From Flavobacterium sp. MedPE-SWcel (lineage in GTDB: Bacteria; Bacteroidota; Bacteroidia; Flavobacteriales; Flavobacteriaceae): DNA of 64,000 nucleotides. The first letter of the stretch is position 1. Every line of letters begins with the position of its first letter. Position numbers and translations under genes: made by a program. Location of the stretch: positions 32,519 through 96,518 of the forward strand of contig MPCW01000011.1 in assembly GCA_001874325.1 (NCBI GenBank), written 5' to 3'. This document shows positions 27,969 to 38,364 of this stretch, piece by piece. Under the pieces are notes generated by a model, which did not search any database, was not told the DNA's origin, and worked only from the letters and a program-made list of their open reading frames with translations.

Positions 27969-28715
27969 CTATTTTCGGTTCCATATTTTCCATGATTTTT
28001 CTGCTTGATATACTAGCATTTCATACCCGTTTTTTACTTGAGCTCCATTCATTTTTGCCTTTTTAAGAAAAGTAGTTTCTTCGGGGTTATATATTAAATC
28101 GAAGGCAATATGGTTTTTAGTGAAAAGACTATAATCTATAGGGGGGTGTTGTTCTACGTCGGGAAATGTGCCTAGAGGTGTTGTGTTTATAATTATTTGA
28201 TATTCTTGAAAAATATTTTCATCAATATCGGTATAGCCATAAACAGTATCAGTTCCTACCCGAGAAACAAAATCATATTCGATTTTTAATTTTTTTAAAG
28301 CAAAAGCCACGGCTTTAGATGAGCCTCCGGTGCCTAATATTAGTGCTTTTTTATGGTTGATTTTTAAAAGAGGTTTTAGAGCTTTTCGAAATCCATAATG
28401 GTCAGTGTTATAACCTTTTATTTTTCTTTTTCCTATTACAATAGTATTTACCGCTCCTATTTTTTTTGCATTTTTAGAAAGGCTGTCAAGTAATGGTATT
28501 ACCTCTTCTTTATATGGAATAGTGACATTAAGGCCTTTTATACCTTTGTTGTTAGTAATAACATCCCTAAGCTCTTCGATACTATCAATATCAAAGTTCT
28601 TGTAGGTGTAATGTTTCAGCCCTTTCTTTTTGAATTTTTTACTGAAATATCCTGCCGAAAATGAATAACTGATATTACGGCCTACCAGTCCGAAAATCTT
28701 TTTTTTCTTTTTCAA
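27969..28715 (-). CDS. aroE: Shikimate dehydrogenase
   Basis: ISYSFS, GLNVTIPYK, GAVNT, GYNTD, LGTGG, DLIYNP; TTG start. Confidence 0.95.
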   Translation of the reverse strand: MKKKKKIFGLVGRNISYSFSAGYFSKKFKKKGLKHYTYKNFDIDSIEELRDVITNNKGIKGLNVTIPYKEEVIPLLDSLSKNAKKIGAVNTIVIGKRKIKGYNTDHYGFRKALKPLLKINHKKALILGTGGSSKAVAFALKKLKIEYDFVSRVGTDTVYGYTDIDENIFQEYQIIINTTPLGTFPDVEQHPPIDYSLFTKNHIAFDLIYNPEETTFLKKAKMNGAQVKNGYEMLVYQAEKSWKIWNRK

Positions 28716-29169
28716 TGACTTTTACGTTTAGAATGTAAGGAACTTCAATTTTAACCCTAACTGGACGTGCTTTAATTTTACCAGGCATCCATTTGGGCAT
28801 TTTTTTCATAGCTTTTATTATCTCTGTCGTTAGTGATTTTACATCTTCTGGTTGCATAGAGAAAACACTAGTCTTTATATTGCTAATGGAACCGTTTTTT
28901 TCTATAACAAAAGTGATAGACATATTGATGTAGCCTGCTCGTTTTCTGATGCCTGAGGGTACCCATAGCTTTTGTTTGAAGAGTTTGTAAAATTCTTTTA
29001 TTCCGTCAGGGTAATAAGGGTATATGTCGACCTCATCGTAGTTATAAACAGTATTTAAGTTAACCGTTGTTGATTCATCTGATTGAGGGACTGCAAAGCG
29101 ATTCTCTAAGCTGCTTTGCGCTAAAGTGTTTATTGTGAGTAGTAATAGTCCTATTTGTAGTAGCTTCAT
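28675..29169 (-). CDS. Secreted TonB C-terminal-domain protein
   Basis: Signal peptide; P.YP.G...F, FVIEKNGSISNI, MPKWMPG...PVRV. Confidence 0.8.
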   Translation of the reverse strand: MKLLQIGLLLLTINTLAQSSLENRFAVPQSDESTTVNLNTVYNYDEVDIYPYYPDGIKEFYKLFKQKLWVPSGIRKRAGYINMSITFVIEKNGSISNIKTSVFSMQPEDVKSLTTEIIKAMKKMPKWMPGKIKARPVRVKIEVPYILNVKVIEKEKKDFRTGRP

Positions 29170-29180
29170 TAGATTATAAT

Positions 29181-29226
29181 AAAAAACCCGATAAAAATAG
29201 TGTATCTATTATTTATCGGGTTATTT
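29181..29226 (-). terminator. Rho-independent terminator after the TPR gene
   Basis: AACCCGATAAA...TTTATCGGGTT inverted repeat with a T-run on the minus strand. Confidence 0.7.
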
Positions 29227-29241
29227 AAATGTTAAAAAATA

Positions 29242-30639
29242 TTATTTTGTTCCGTTTTTTATCAAAATGTTCTGTACAATTTCTGATTTCCAAATATTTG
29301 GGAAAAACTCTTCTAATAGTGTATGATTTTTATAATTAAGCCTTAAGCCGTTGCTAAGGTGAAAAGTTCCTTTTTCATTTTCATTAGCTGTGAAATATAA
29401 ACCCGCTAAACGGTATTCGATTTCATGTTCTTCAGGGTAATACTCTGTGGCTTGTAATAATGTTTTTACAGCAGGTTCTCCTTCTCCTAAGCGTTGTAAT
29501 GTATCTACCCAAAATAACCAAGTATCTAGCTCATGATCTCCAAACTCTACAGCTTTTCGATAACCTTCTTCGGCTTCTTCATGGTTATTTAGCTCTTTAT
29601 TGATAACTGCATAGCGTTTCCAGTATAGTTTATTTTCATTATCTATACCTATCGCTTTATTAGCGTGGTATAATGCTTTTTCAAAATTTCTTCGTCGTAT
29701 ATAGAAATCAGTTATAGCAATCCATGCTTTGTCTAATAAAGGGTCTTCATGTACTGTTTTTTCGTAAAATTCTAAAGCTTTTTCATACTCTTCTAAGCGT
29801 TCATAACATTTACCCACACGCAATAATGCGAAAGAGGTAGGGTCGTCAAGCTCCATAGTTATACCATAGCAAGCGATTGCTTCTTTATATTGACTAAGCT
29901 TTTCTAGTGTTTTTGCTTTTTCTAAAAAAGCTCCTAAAAAACTATCGTCTATAAGCGTTGCATAGTCAAAGGCACGTAATGCTTCTTTATATTGTTTTAA
30001 AGTGTAATGTTGCCTACCTAATTGGTGCCAAGCAACTTCGCTATATGGTTTTTTGTCTATAAACTCATTTAAGAATTTTACAGCTTCATTATTTTGATCT
30101 AAAAAGTCAAAGCAATATACCACATTATATAGTGCCGAATGATCTTGTGTGTCTTCATTAAGGCATTTTATAAAGGTTTCTTTTGCCATTTCAAGATTAT
30201 CCATAAAAAGGTATTCCATACCGATTAATGAATAAACATCGGCATAATCATCTGTATATTTTAACGCTACATTTAAAAACTCTACAGCTTTATCGTGCTC
30301 GTCGCGTTTAGAATGAATATTTGCTTTTTGTATATAAATTTCTTCATTAGTAGGCTCTATAGCGTAGAGGTCATTTAATAATCGCTCTGCTATATCTAAC
30401 TTATCATCAAAAACTAAAAGTTCTACTTGTACTAATCTTAAACCTGTTGATCTGGGGTGTTGCTCCAGACCAAGCTTTAAGGCCTTCTTAGCTAAATTGA
30501 TTTTTCCGGCATCAAGGTAATGAAGAATGATATCTTCAAACTCTTCGGAATCGAAGAACAATACTTTATTGGTCTTCAACATCGATTCGAACTTTGATAA
30601 GGATAAACTGTGATCTTCTTCTTCGTGGCTCAAATACAT
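29242..30639 (-). CDS. Tetratricopeptide repeat protein
   Basis: Multiple TPR motifs; N-terminal FESMLKTNKVLFFDSEEFE typical of Flavobacteria. Confidence 0.88.
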   Translation of the reverse strand: MYLSHEEEDHSLSLSKFESMLKTNKVLFFDSEEFEDIILHYLDAGKINLAKKALKLGLEQHPRSTGLRLVQVELLVFDDKLDIAERLLNDLYAIEPTNEEIYIQKANIHSKRDEHDKAVEFLNVALKYTDDYADVYSLIGMEYLFMDNLEMAKETFIKCLNEDTQDHSALYNVVYCFDFLDQNNEAVKFLNEFIDKKPYSEVAWHQLGRQHYTLKQYKEALRAFDYATLIDDSFLGAFLEKAKTLEKLSQYKEAIACYGITMELDDPTSFALLRVGKCYERLEEYEKALEFYEKTVHEDPLLDKAWIAITDFYIRRRNFEKALYHANKAIGIDNENKLYWKRYAVINKELNNHEEAEEGYRKAVEFGDHELDTWLFWVDTLQRLGEGEPAVKTLLQATEYYPEEHEIEYRLAGLYFTANENEKGTFHLSNGLRLNYKNHTLLEEFFPNIWKSEIVQNILIKNGTK

Positions 30640-30742
30640 ACTCCTTTTGTTTAAAATTATCCTTTTTAAAGTTACTGAATGTTTTACCTTAAAAGAATTT
30701 ATTTGATATTCTTTTGAACAATTTAATTAACAATTTAAAGTG

Positions 30743-31939
30743 TTAATTATTGTTTTGTTCATCAAGTATCTCATTCATAACTCCAATAATAATGCCACAT
30801 CCTTCGGTTATTTCCTTTTCAGATATGGTTAGAGGAGGAGTTACCCTTATAGCGGCTCCTTCAAACAAGAGCCAGAATAGTATTAAACCTTTTTCTTTGC
30901 ATCGAAGTATCACGCTGTCAGCAATTGCAGCGCTTTTAGTAATAATAGCGAGCATAAGTCCTCGGCCTCTTATTTCTTCGATTAATGGGTGTGCTAATAG
31001 TTTTCGGAATAGTTTTTCTTTTTCTAAAGCCTGTGCCATAATGGCAGTTTCGGTAATTTCTTGTAGTGTTGCTAAACAAGCTGCTGCAATAACAGGGTGC
31101 CCTCCGAAGGTGGTAATGTGACCTAATTTTGGGTCGTGACTAAGTAAGTCTATCATTTTTGCTGATGCTGTAAAGGCACCCACAGGCATACCGCCCCCCA
31201 TACCTTTACCCATTATAATTACATCAGGTACTATATCATAATTTTCAAAACCAAATAGTTTACCTGTACGACCGAAACCAGGTTGTATCTCGTCCAGTAT
31301 CATTACTGTTCCAGTTTCGTTACAACGTTGTCTTACTTTCTTTAAAAAGTCATTTTTAGGCTCTATAAAACCAGCACCACCTTGTATGGTTTCGAGTATT
31401 ATACCAGCCGTTTTGGTAGTTATTTTTTGTAAATCATCTTCATTGTTAAATGTGATAAAATCAACATCGGGAATCAACGGACGAAATACTTGTTTACGTT
31501 CTTCAAACCCCATAACACTCATAGACCCCATAGTATTACCATGATAGGCATTAAAACAGGAAATAAACTGACTACGACCTGTTACTCTACGAGCGAGCTT
31601 TAAAGCGCCTTCTGTAGCCTCTGTGCCTGAGTTTGTAAGATATGTTTTGTTGAGTTGTGACGGAAGATGTTGCGCTAGTAATTTACAAAACTCGGTTGCT
31701 GGATGTTGTGAATATTCACCATATACCATTACATGCGAGTATTTGTCAAGCTGATCTTTTATGGCTTGATTTACTCTTGGGTGTTGATGCCCAAGACTTG
31801 CTGCCGAAACTCCTGCTACAAAATCAAGATGAGCTTTATTGTTGGTGTCGTATATATAACTGCCTTTTGCATGCGATATTTCTACGCCTAATGGGTGTGG
31901 TGATGTTTGTGCTTGATATTTGTAAAAGTCGTCGATCAT
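30743..31939 (-). CDS. Class III aminotransferase (ArgD-like)
   Basis: NSGTEA.E, YHG, ETIQG, DEIQPGFGRTG, GKGMGGGMP, TTFGGHP. Confidence 0.9.
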   Translation of the reverse strand: MIDDFYKYQAQTSPHPLGVEISHAKGSYIYDTNNKAHLDFVAGVSAASLGHQHPRVNQAIKDQLDKYSHVMVYGEYSQHPATEFCKLLAQHLPSQLNKTYLTNSGTEATEGALKLARRVTGRSQFISCFNAYHGNTMGSMSVMGFEERKQVFRPLIPDVDFITFNNEDDLQKITTKTAGIILETIQGGAGFIEPKNDFLKKVRQRCNETGTVMILDEIQPGFGRTGKLFGFENYDIVPDVIIMGKGMGGGMPVGAFTASAKMIDLLSHDPKLGHITTFGGHPVIAAACLATLQEITETAIMAQALEKEKLFRKLLAHPLIEEIRGRGLMLAIITKSAAIADSVILRCKEKGLILFWLLFEGAAIRVTPPLTISEKEITEGCGIIIGVMNEILDEQNNN

Positions 31940-31992
31940 TATTATAAAGCTTCACACCATGTATATTTTGGTGTTTGATTAAAAAAAGTAGT

Positions 31993-33651
31993 TTATTCGG
32001 TTGTGCTTTCGTTTTCCTTAGTAGGTTCTTCTTTCGGATTATTTTTATCATAATCTAGAGTCTCCTGCATAATCTCCATTGGCTTATCTTCGACTTCTTT
32101 TAAGGCTTTGCTACTTTTTAGTATTTCTTCATGAAGCTTTTTTTCTTCTTCAGGAAAGATATCTTCTTTGTTTTTGATTTGTTCGTCACCACGCCAAATA
32201 AAGCCTCGAAGTTTTCTTACGTTTTCAGGTAATTCGGATGGGGGATAAGATTGACTTTCAGTTTTTTTGATAGCTCGAACTGACTTTATTTGATTATCCT
32301 TTAGCTTCATCTTTATTTTACTACTCACACCTTTATCAATCCCTACGAGTTCGTCATCATCATTATACATATAGTATATTTTCTCGGTGTTCTTTATTAA
32401 GTCAACTTCAGATAGTTTATTGTCTCTAAATTTACCGAATAAGTCACGTCCTTTTAATTGATTATATCCTGTGCCAAGTGTGTCTTTTTGAATGATAAAA
32501 GCGTTGTTAAGTACCTTAAGCGAGTCAATTTGTTCTGTTTTGCTATCAGAGGTCATATGTATAACATCACCAGTCATTTGGCTGTCTCCATTCCATACTA
32601 CTGGTCGACCTATTAGTTGTGTGAGTCCTTTTAGTTCGCTGGAGTGTATAGAGTCACATTTACCACTCATGTCTGTTTTATAAAAACGAGCATTGTTATA
32701 GCCTCTTACAACTCTTTCTCCTTCTTTACCAGTTATAACTATTCTTTTGGCATGGGTGTAAAGGGAATCTTTTTCAACTAGTGTTGTGGCTACAGCATGT
32801 TTAGTTATAAATAGGGAATCTTTTTGTTTGTACACCTCGGCATAATGCCCTTTTACATTGTATTTGTTTACAGTGTCTGTAACCTTTACATTGTTTGTTA
32901 TTGAGGAGAACTCTATATTTCGATCATAGTAAATGCTATCTCCTTCAATGAGTTGTGTGTCGTATTTTATGTAGGAGTTGGTAAGTAATCGAGAAACGTT
33001 TTTCTTGGTGTCGTAAAACCCTTTCTCTGTATAAATATAATTGTCTTCGCTTGTTATTGTAGTTGGTCCAAAGGCATAAGCATGCCCAGAGTTTGTATAA
33101 TAATCTAAATGATTAGATTCTAGTACATATTTAGGATTGGTAAGTGTTACAGTAGTTAGAAATTGATTTTTCTTTTGATCGATATAATAACGACCTGATT
33201 TACTGGTAAGGGTATTATCTCCGCTTACTATAGTACCGTATGAATTATAATAAGCTTGTTGCTTTTTTCTGTCAAGATATATAGTGTCTGTAGTAAGTTG
33301 CATATCTGGCGATTTCATGACTACATTACCAGAAGCAAAGGCAAAGTCTTTATTACCATTATACTCAGCATATGTACTGTTTAAGTGGATTGTATCTCCT
33401 TGCACTATACGTACATCTCCAAAAAGTTTAGCATAGTTTTCTTTCTCAAAGAGATAGGCTTTGTTACACCATATATTGGCTCCGTTGTGTTCAAACTGTA
33501 CATCGCCAGTAAATACTACTGCACCAGGTATCTCATTTTCGTTACCATCAAGATGCTCGGTATCTATAAGTTTTATTTTTTTTGGTGTTTGTGCTGTAGC
33601 AGAAATACTAACAAGCAATAACAACGATATATAGAGAATAATCTTTTTCAA
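31993..33651 (-). CDS. OstA/LptA-like beta-jellyroll envelope protein
   Basis: Signal peptide; repeated G.V...(Q)GD, GDSIYYD; LRGFIWR; TAAATTTG at 33669-33676 (-). Confidence 0.82.
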   Translation of the reverse strand: MKKIILYISLLLLVSISATAQTPKKIKLIDTEHLDGNENEIPGAVVFTGDVQFEHNGANIWCNKAYLFEKENYAKLFGDVRIVQGDTIHLNSTYAEYNGNKDFAFASGNVVMKSPDMQLTTDTIYLDRKKQQAYYNSYGTIVSGDNTLTSKSGRYYIDQKKNQFLTTVTLTNPKYVLESNHLDYYTNSGHAYAFGPTTITSEDNYIYTEKGFYDTKKNVSRLLTNSYIKYDTQLIEGDSIYYDRNIEFSSITNNVKVTDTVNKYNVKGHYAEVYKQKDSLFITKHAVATTLVEKDSLYTHAKRIVITGKEGERVVRGYNNARFYKTDMSGKCDSIHSSELKGLTQLIGRPVVWNGDSQMTGDVIHMTSDSKTEQIDSLKVLNNAFIIQKDTLGTGYNQLKGRDLFGKFRDNKLSEVDLIKNTEKIYYMYNDDDELVGIDKGVSSKIKMKLKDNQIKSVRAIKKTESQSYPPSELPENVRKLRGFIWRGDEQIKNKEDIFPEEEKKLHEEILKSSKALKEVEDKPMEIMQETLDYDKNNPKEEPTKENESTTE

Positions 33652-33746
33652 TGTATCAGAATTTGCTGCAAATTTACGTAAAATACATTACAATAATTTA
33701 CACTCTTTATTTAGGAATGTAAAACGATAAGGGAGTAAATAAATTG

Positions 33747-33784
33747 TATAAAAAAACGCCTCGAATACTGAGGCGTTTTTTATA
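33747..33784 (-). terminator. Rho-independent terminator of purA
   Basis: AAAAAACGCCTC-GAATACT-GAGGCGTTTTTT. Confidence 0.85.
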
Positions 33785-35056
33785 TTATTTTGTTATTGTT
33801 TGTGTCCTGTCTGGACCTACCGATATTACTTTGATAGGTATTTCAAGTTCAGCTTCAATAAACTCAACATATTCTTTAAATTCAGCAGGCAATTCATCAT
33901 ATGACGTCATTCCAGTAAGATCAGCCGACCAACCTTTTTTCTCAACATAAACAGGAGTTACATTCTCTGGTTCGATGTTGTAAGGTAAATGATCTATTTT
34001 CTCACTATTATACTTATAAGCAGTACAAACTTTTAGTGTATCAAACCCTGAAAGTACATCACCCTTCATCATGTATAGTTGTGTTACACCATTTACTTGT
34101 ACAGCATATTTAAGTGCTACAAGATCTAACCAACCACAACGACGTGCACGACCAGTAACAGCACCAAACTCGTTACCAACCTTAGCCATAGTAGCACCTG
34201 TCTCATCAAAAAGTTCAGTAGGGAAAGGTCCGCTACCTACACGAGTAGTATAAGCTTTAAATATACCAAATGCTTCTTTAACTTTATTAGGAGCAATACC
34301 AAGACCTGTACAAGCTCCTGCCGCAGTAGTGGTAGAGGATGTTACAAATGGATATGTACCAAAATCAATGTCTAGTAATGAACCTTGTGCACCTTCAGCT
34401 AATATAGACTTTCCGTCTTTCATAGCTTTGTTAAGGTATGCTTCACTATCAATAAAAGTAAGTTCTTTTAGCGCTTTTATAGCAGCAAAGAATTCTTCTT
34501 CTAGTTCTTTAAGGTTGTATTGTAAATCTACATCATAAAAATCAATCATTGATTGATGCTTATCTGCTAAAGATCTATAACGTTCTTCGAAATCAGCTAA
34601 TTCAATATCTCCAACACGGATACCATTTCTACCTGTTTTATCCATATAAGTTGGACCAATACCTTTTAGGGTAGAACCAATTTTGGCTTTCCCTTTAGAT
34701 GCTTCTGATGCAGCATCAAGTAAGCGGTGAGTAGGTAGTATAAGGTGTGCTTTTCTTGAAATAAGTAATTTTGACTTAATGTCAAGATTAAATTTCTCTA
34801 GTCCTTCTATTTCTTTTTGGAAAACTACAGGATCCATAACAACACCGTTACCGATGATGTTTATTGATTTTTTATGAAAAATACCCGATGGTATAGTACG
34901 TAGTACGTGCTTAATACCATCAAATTCAAGTGTGTGTCCTGCATTTGGCCCTCCTTGAAAACGGGCTATAATATCATACTTAGAGGTAAGTACATCAACA
35001 ATTTTTCCTTTCCCTTCGTCACCCCACTGTAGTCCAAGTAGCAAATCTACTGTCAT
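33785..35056 (-). CDS. purA: Adenylosuccinate synthetase
   Basis: GLQWGDEGKGK, GGPNAGHT, EGAQG, TRVGSGPFPTE. Confidence 0.98.
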   Translation of the reverse strand: MTVDLLLGLQWGDEGKGKIVDVLTSKYDIIARFQGGPNAGHTLEFDGIKHVLRTIPSGIFHKKSINIIGNGVVMDPVVFQKEIEGLEKFNLDIKSKLLISRKAHLILPTHRLLDAASEASKGKAKIGSTLKGIGPTYMDKTGRNGIRVGDIELADFEERYRSLADKHQSMIDFYDVDLQYNLKELEEEFFAAIKALKELTFIDSEAYLNKAMKDGKSILAEGAQGSLLDIDFGTYPFVTSSTTTAAGACTGLGIAPNKVKEAFGIFKAYTTRVGSGPFPTELFDETGATMAKVGNEFGAVTGRARRCGWLDLVALKYAVQVNGVTQLYMMKGDVLSGFDTLKVCTAYKYNSEKIDHLPYNIEPENVTPVYVEKKGWSADLTGMTSYDELPAEFKEYVEFIEAELEIPIKVISVGPDRTQTITK

Positions 35057-35157
35057 TCTTGTATAGTTGTTTGTTTATATGTAGTTATTGTTCTTTCTAA
35101 AAACAAAAACCAATCTTTAAAATTTAAGGATGGTTTGCTGTTATTGTAATTGGTTAC

Positions 35158-35619
35158 TTATTCGTTTTCACCTTCGGTAACTGTTTTCTTTTTATTTCCG
35201 TAAAGATATAAAGAGTGATTGTGAACTTCGATATCAAAAATTTCTTCTATTGTTTTTTTGATACTTTGTATCCTAGGATCACAAAACTCAATTACTTCAC
35301 CTGTATCGGTCATTATAATATGATCGTGTTGTTTGTCAAAGTATGATTTCTCATAGTGTGCTTGATTTTGACCAAACTGATGCTTTCTTACTAAACCACA
35401 ACCTAAAAGTAGCTCGATAGTATTGTATAGTGTAGCACGGCTTACACGATAGTTTTTATTCTTCATTTTTATGTACAGCGACTCGATATCAAAATGTTCA
35501 GTGCTGTCATATATTTCTTGAAGTATAGCATAACGTTCAGGAGTTTTCCTGTGCCCATTATCTTCAAGGAATTTGGTGAAGACATTTTTTACAATCTCCT
35601 GGTTTTTATTGTTATCCAT
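35158..35619 (-). CDS. fur: Fur-family transcriptional regulator
   Basis: [22 protein letters not shown]; own promoter TATCTTTG at 35641-35648 (-). Confidence 0.9.
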   Translation of the reverse strand: MDNNKNQEIVKNVFTKFLEDNGHRKTPERYAILQEIYDSTEHFDIESLYIKMKNKNYRVSRATLYNTIELLLGCGLVRKHQFGQNQAHYEKSYFDKQHDHIIMTDTGEVIEFCDPRIQSIKKTIEEIFDIEVHNHSLYLYGNKKKTVTEGENE

Positions 35620-35697
35620 ATATTAATAGGTGTCAAAGTGCAAAGATAATCTAATTTTTTTTGAAGTTAAAGATTTAGATGATATAGTTCAACTTTC

Positions 35698-36003
35698 TTA
35701 ATCTATTGTGGCATTTCCTCTTCCTACTAGTATTTCTACACCTGTTTTATCATCAATGAAGTAAATTTCTACAGATAAAGAGTAATACTGACTAAGTGAC
35801 CTGGTTGTTTCATTATTATCTGATATTAGAATAAATCTATTACCATATATATAATTATTATTTAATTTTAGTTTGTGATTATCATTGATTTCAATTAATA
35901 TTTTATTACCACTATCTTTTAAAACGGTTCCTAAAAGGTTCATCATATCAAAAAGAGGTTTTTCTAAAGAAATCCTTATTCCTGTATTTTTCGATATATT
36001 CAT
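35698..36003 (-). CDS. Hypothetical protein
   Basis: 101-aa ATG ORF 4 nt after the relA/spoT stop; fills the gap before fur. Confidence 0.6.
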   Translation of the reverse strand: MNISKNTGIRISLEKPLFDMMNLLGTVLKDSGNKILIEINDNHKLKLNNNYIYGNRFILISDNNETTRSLSQYYSLSVEIYFIDDKTGVEILVGRGNATID

Positions 36004-36007
36004 TTTA

Positions 36008-38227
36008 TCAATTATTCGAAACTCTTGTTACTTTATCAACCCCATCTATCTTCTTAATATTGTCTATTAGTTTCTTTAAAATGGTGTTGTTTTGCACTAT
36101 TACAGTAAGTTGACCATTAAATACCCCTGCATCTCCACTAAGTGAGATACTTTGTATGTTTACATGCATATTGTTAGATACTACTTTAGTTAGCTCATTA
36201 GTAAGTCCAAGTATATCCATACCTGTAATTGTTAATGTGGCTTTGAACTCTTCTTGAGAAGAATCGATCCATTTTGCTGTAATAATACGGTAAGCATAGT
36301 TAGATTGTAACCTGATGGCATTAGGGCAATCTTTTTTATGAACCTTAATTCCTTCATTAATAGTGATGAAGCCGAATACATTGTCTCCAGCTATTGGGTT
36401 ACAACAATTTGATAGTTTGTAGTCTAGTTTATCTTCGTTTTTACCAAATACTAAAAGATCGTAATTACGACTAATTTCTTCTTTTTGTAATTGCTCTTGT
36501 GGTAAGTTAGGTGTACGTTTAATTTTGTTTTTAAAGAAGTTCATCAGCGTATTACTTTTTATTGCTGCGAAGTCTTTAAGTTGCTGATTGTCTATAGTGC
36601 CTACTCCCACACGATAAAATAAATCGAGACTTGTTTTTAGTTTAAAGTAATTAACAAGTTCGTTTATAGTGTTTTCGTTAAGCGTTATTTTTAGATGTCG
36701 TAATTTTCGAGTTAGTAACTCTTTCCCTTCTTCGGCTATTTTTTTAGTACTTTCGTTAAGAACATTTTTAATTTTATTTTTAGCACGCGATGTAGTAACA
36801 TATTCTAGCCAGTTAGGTGTTGGTTTCTGTCCGTTAGAGGTAATAACCTCTACTTGGTCACCACTGCTCAATACATGGTTTAATGGTACTAGTTTACCAT
36901 TAACGCGAGTTCCTCGTGTATGTACACCAACTTCTGAGTGTATACTAAATGCAAAGTCAAGCGAAGTAGCCCCTTTAGGTAACGACTTAATTTCTCCTTT
37001 TGGAGTAAATACATATATCTCCTTAGAGTATAGATTAAGTTTAAAGTCTTCTACAAAGTCTACAGCATTGCTCGATGTGTTTTCTAGTGCTTCTTTAAGT
37101 AGGTTTAACCACGTTTCTAGCCCGTGTTCTTCGCTGTTCCCCTGTTTGTATTTATAGTGTGCAGCATATCCTTTCTCGGCAACTTCATTCATACGTTCAC
37201 TACGCACTTGCACCTCTACCCATCTACCTTTAGGCCCCATTACAGTAATGTGTAATGCCTCGTACCCTGTAGATTTTGGCGATGATATCCAGTCTCTAAG
37301 TCTACTAGGACTAGGTCTATAATGATCGGTTACAATGGAGTATATTTTCCATGCCAAGAATTTTTCTTGTGGTTGCTCTGCCTTATAAATAATTCGAAGT
37401 GCAAATTTGTCATATACCTCCTCAAAACTGATACCTTGATTAAACATCTTACGACGAATAGAATATATCGACTTTGGTCTTCCTTTTATTTCATATTCTA
37501 TCCCCTCATCGTCTAGTGAGGTTTTAAGTACTTTTGATATTGACTTTATGTAAGCATCTTGTTCTTCCTTGCTCTCCTTCATTTTACTCAAAATGCTATT
37601 GTATATAGCAGGTTCAGTATATTTTAAGCCAAGATCTTCAAGTTGATTTTTTATGTTGTACAGTCCAAGTCTATGAGCAAGAGGAGCATATATGTATAAT
37701 GTTTCTGACGCTATTTTAGCTTGTTTATAATCTACCATAGCCTCCATAGTTTGCATATTATGGAGTCTATCAGCTATTTTTATAAGTATTACACGTACAT
37801 CGTCATTCAGGGTAAGTAACATTTTCCTGAAATTTTCTGCTTGCATCGATATTTCTTGATCGGTTTTTACCTTTGCAATTTTAGTTAACCCCTCTACAAT
37901 TTTAGCAATCTTTGGGTTGAACATTCTTTCGATATCTTCAACAGTAATATCAGTGTCTTCTACTACATCATGGAGTAGCGCAGAGGCTATAGAGGTAGCG
38001 CCAAGCCCAATTTCTGAAGCTACAATTTTAGCCACAGCAATAGGGTGGAAGATGTATGCTTCTCCCGATTTTCTTCTTTGATCTTTATGGGCATCAACAG
38101 CTACGTCAAAAGCGGTTCTTATTAGCTTTTTATCGTCTACACTAAGTGTTTGGTAACTAATACGGAGTAACTCTTTATATTCTTTTGCTATTGCTTTGTT
38201 TTCTTGTTCAATATCAATTGCTATCAT
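36008..38227 (-). CDS. relA: Bifunctional (p)ppGpp synthetase/hydrolase (Rel/SpoT)
   Basis: HD (LLHDVVED), ADRLHNM, synthetase EVQVR, TGS (VFTPKG), ACT. Likely start ATG 38227 (ORF track 38281). Confidence 0.95.
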   Translation of the reverse strand: MIAIDIEQENKAIAKEYKELLRISYQTLSVDDKKLIRTAFDVAVDAHKDQRRKSGEAYIFHPIAVAKIVASEIGLGATSIASALLHDVVEDTDITVEDIERMFNPKIAKIVEGLTKIAKVKTDQEISMQAENFRKMLLTLNDDVRVILIKIADRLHNMQTMEAMVDYKQAKIASETLYIYAPLAHRLGLYNIKNQLEDLGLKYTEPAIYNSILSKMKESKEEQDAYIKSISKVLKTSLDDEGIEYEIKGRPKSIYSIRRKMFNQGISFEEVYDKFALRIIYKAEQPQEKFLAWKIYSIVTDHYRPSPSRLRDWISSPKSTGYEALHITVMGPKGRWVEVQVRSERMNEVAEKGYAAHYKYKQGNSEEHGLETWLNLLKEALENTSSNAVDFVEDFKLNLYSKEIYVFTPKGEIKSLPKGATSLDFAFSIHSEVGVHTRGTRVNGKLVPLNHVLSSGDQVEVITSNGQKPTPNWLEYVTTSRAKNKIKNVLNESTKKIAEEGKELLTRKLRHLKITLNENTINELVNYFKLKTSLDLFYRVGVGTIDNQQLKDFAAIKSNTLMNFFKNKIKRTPNLPQEQLQKEEISRNYDLLVFGKNEDKLDYKLSNCCNPIAGDNVFGFITINEGIKVHKKDCPNAIRLQSNYAYRIITAKWIDSSQEEFKATLTITGMDILGLTNELTKVVSNNMHVNIQSISLSGDAGVFNGQLTVIVQNNTILKKLIDNIKKIDGVDKVTRVSNN

Positions 38228-38314
38228 AAATGGGGGTGTATCAATAATCTTAAAATTAAGAAAAAGATTTATGATTAGCAATAATAGAGAGCTTTATTAT
38301 TATACAGAAATAAT

Positions 38315-38344
38315 AAAAAAAGGCGAGTATATACTCGCCTTTTT
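38315..38344 (-). terminator. Rho-independent terminator (28-bp perfect palindrome)
   Basis: AAAAAGGCGAGTATATACTCGCCTTTTT at 38317-38344. Confidence 0.8.
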
Positions 38345-38364
38345 GGTATTGGTCAAGGTTATAA

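Noticed and set aside
38315-38344. Perfect 28-bp palindrome as an operator or recombination site upstream of relA
   Set aside because: A/T tails and its position 20 nt after the TrmH-family stop codon fit an intrinsic terminator.
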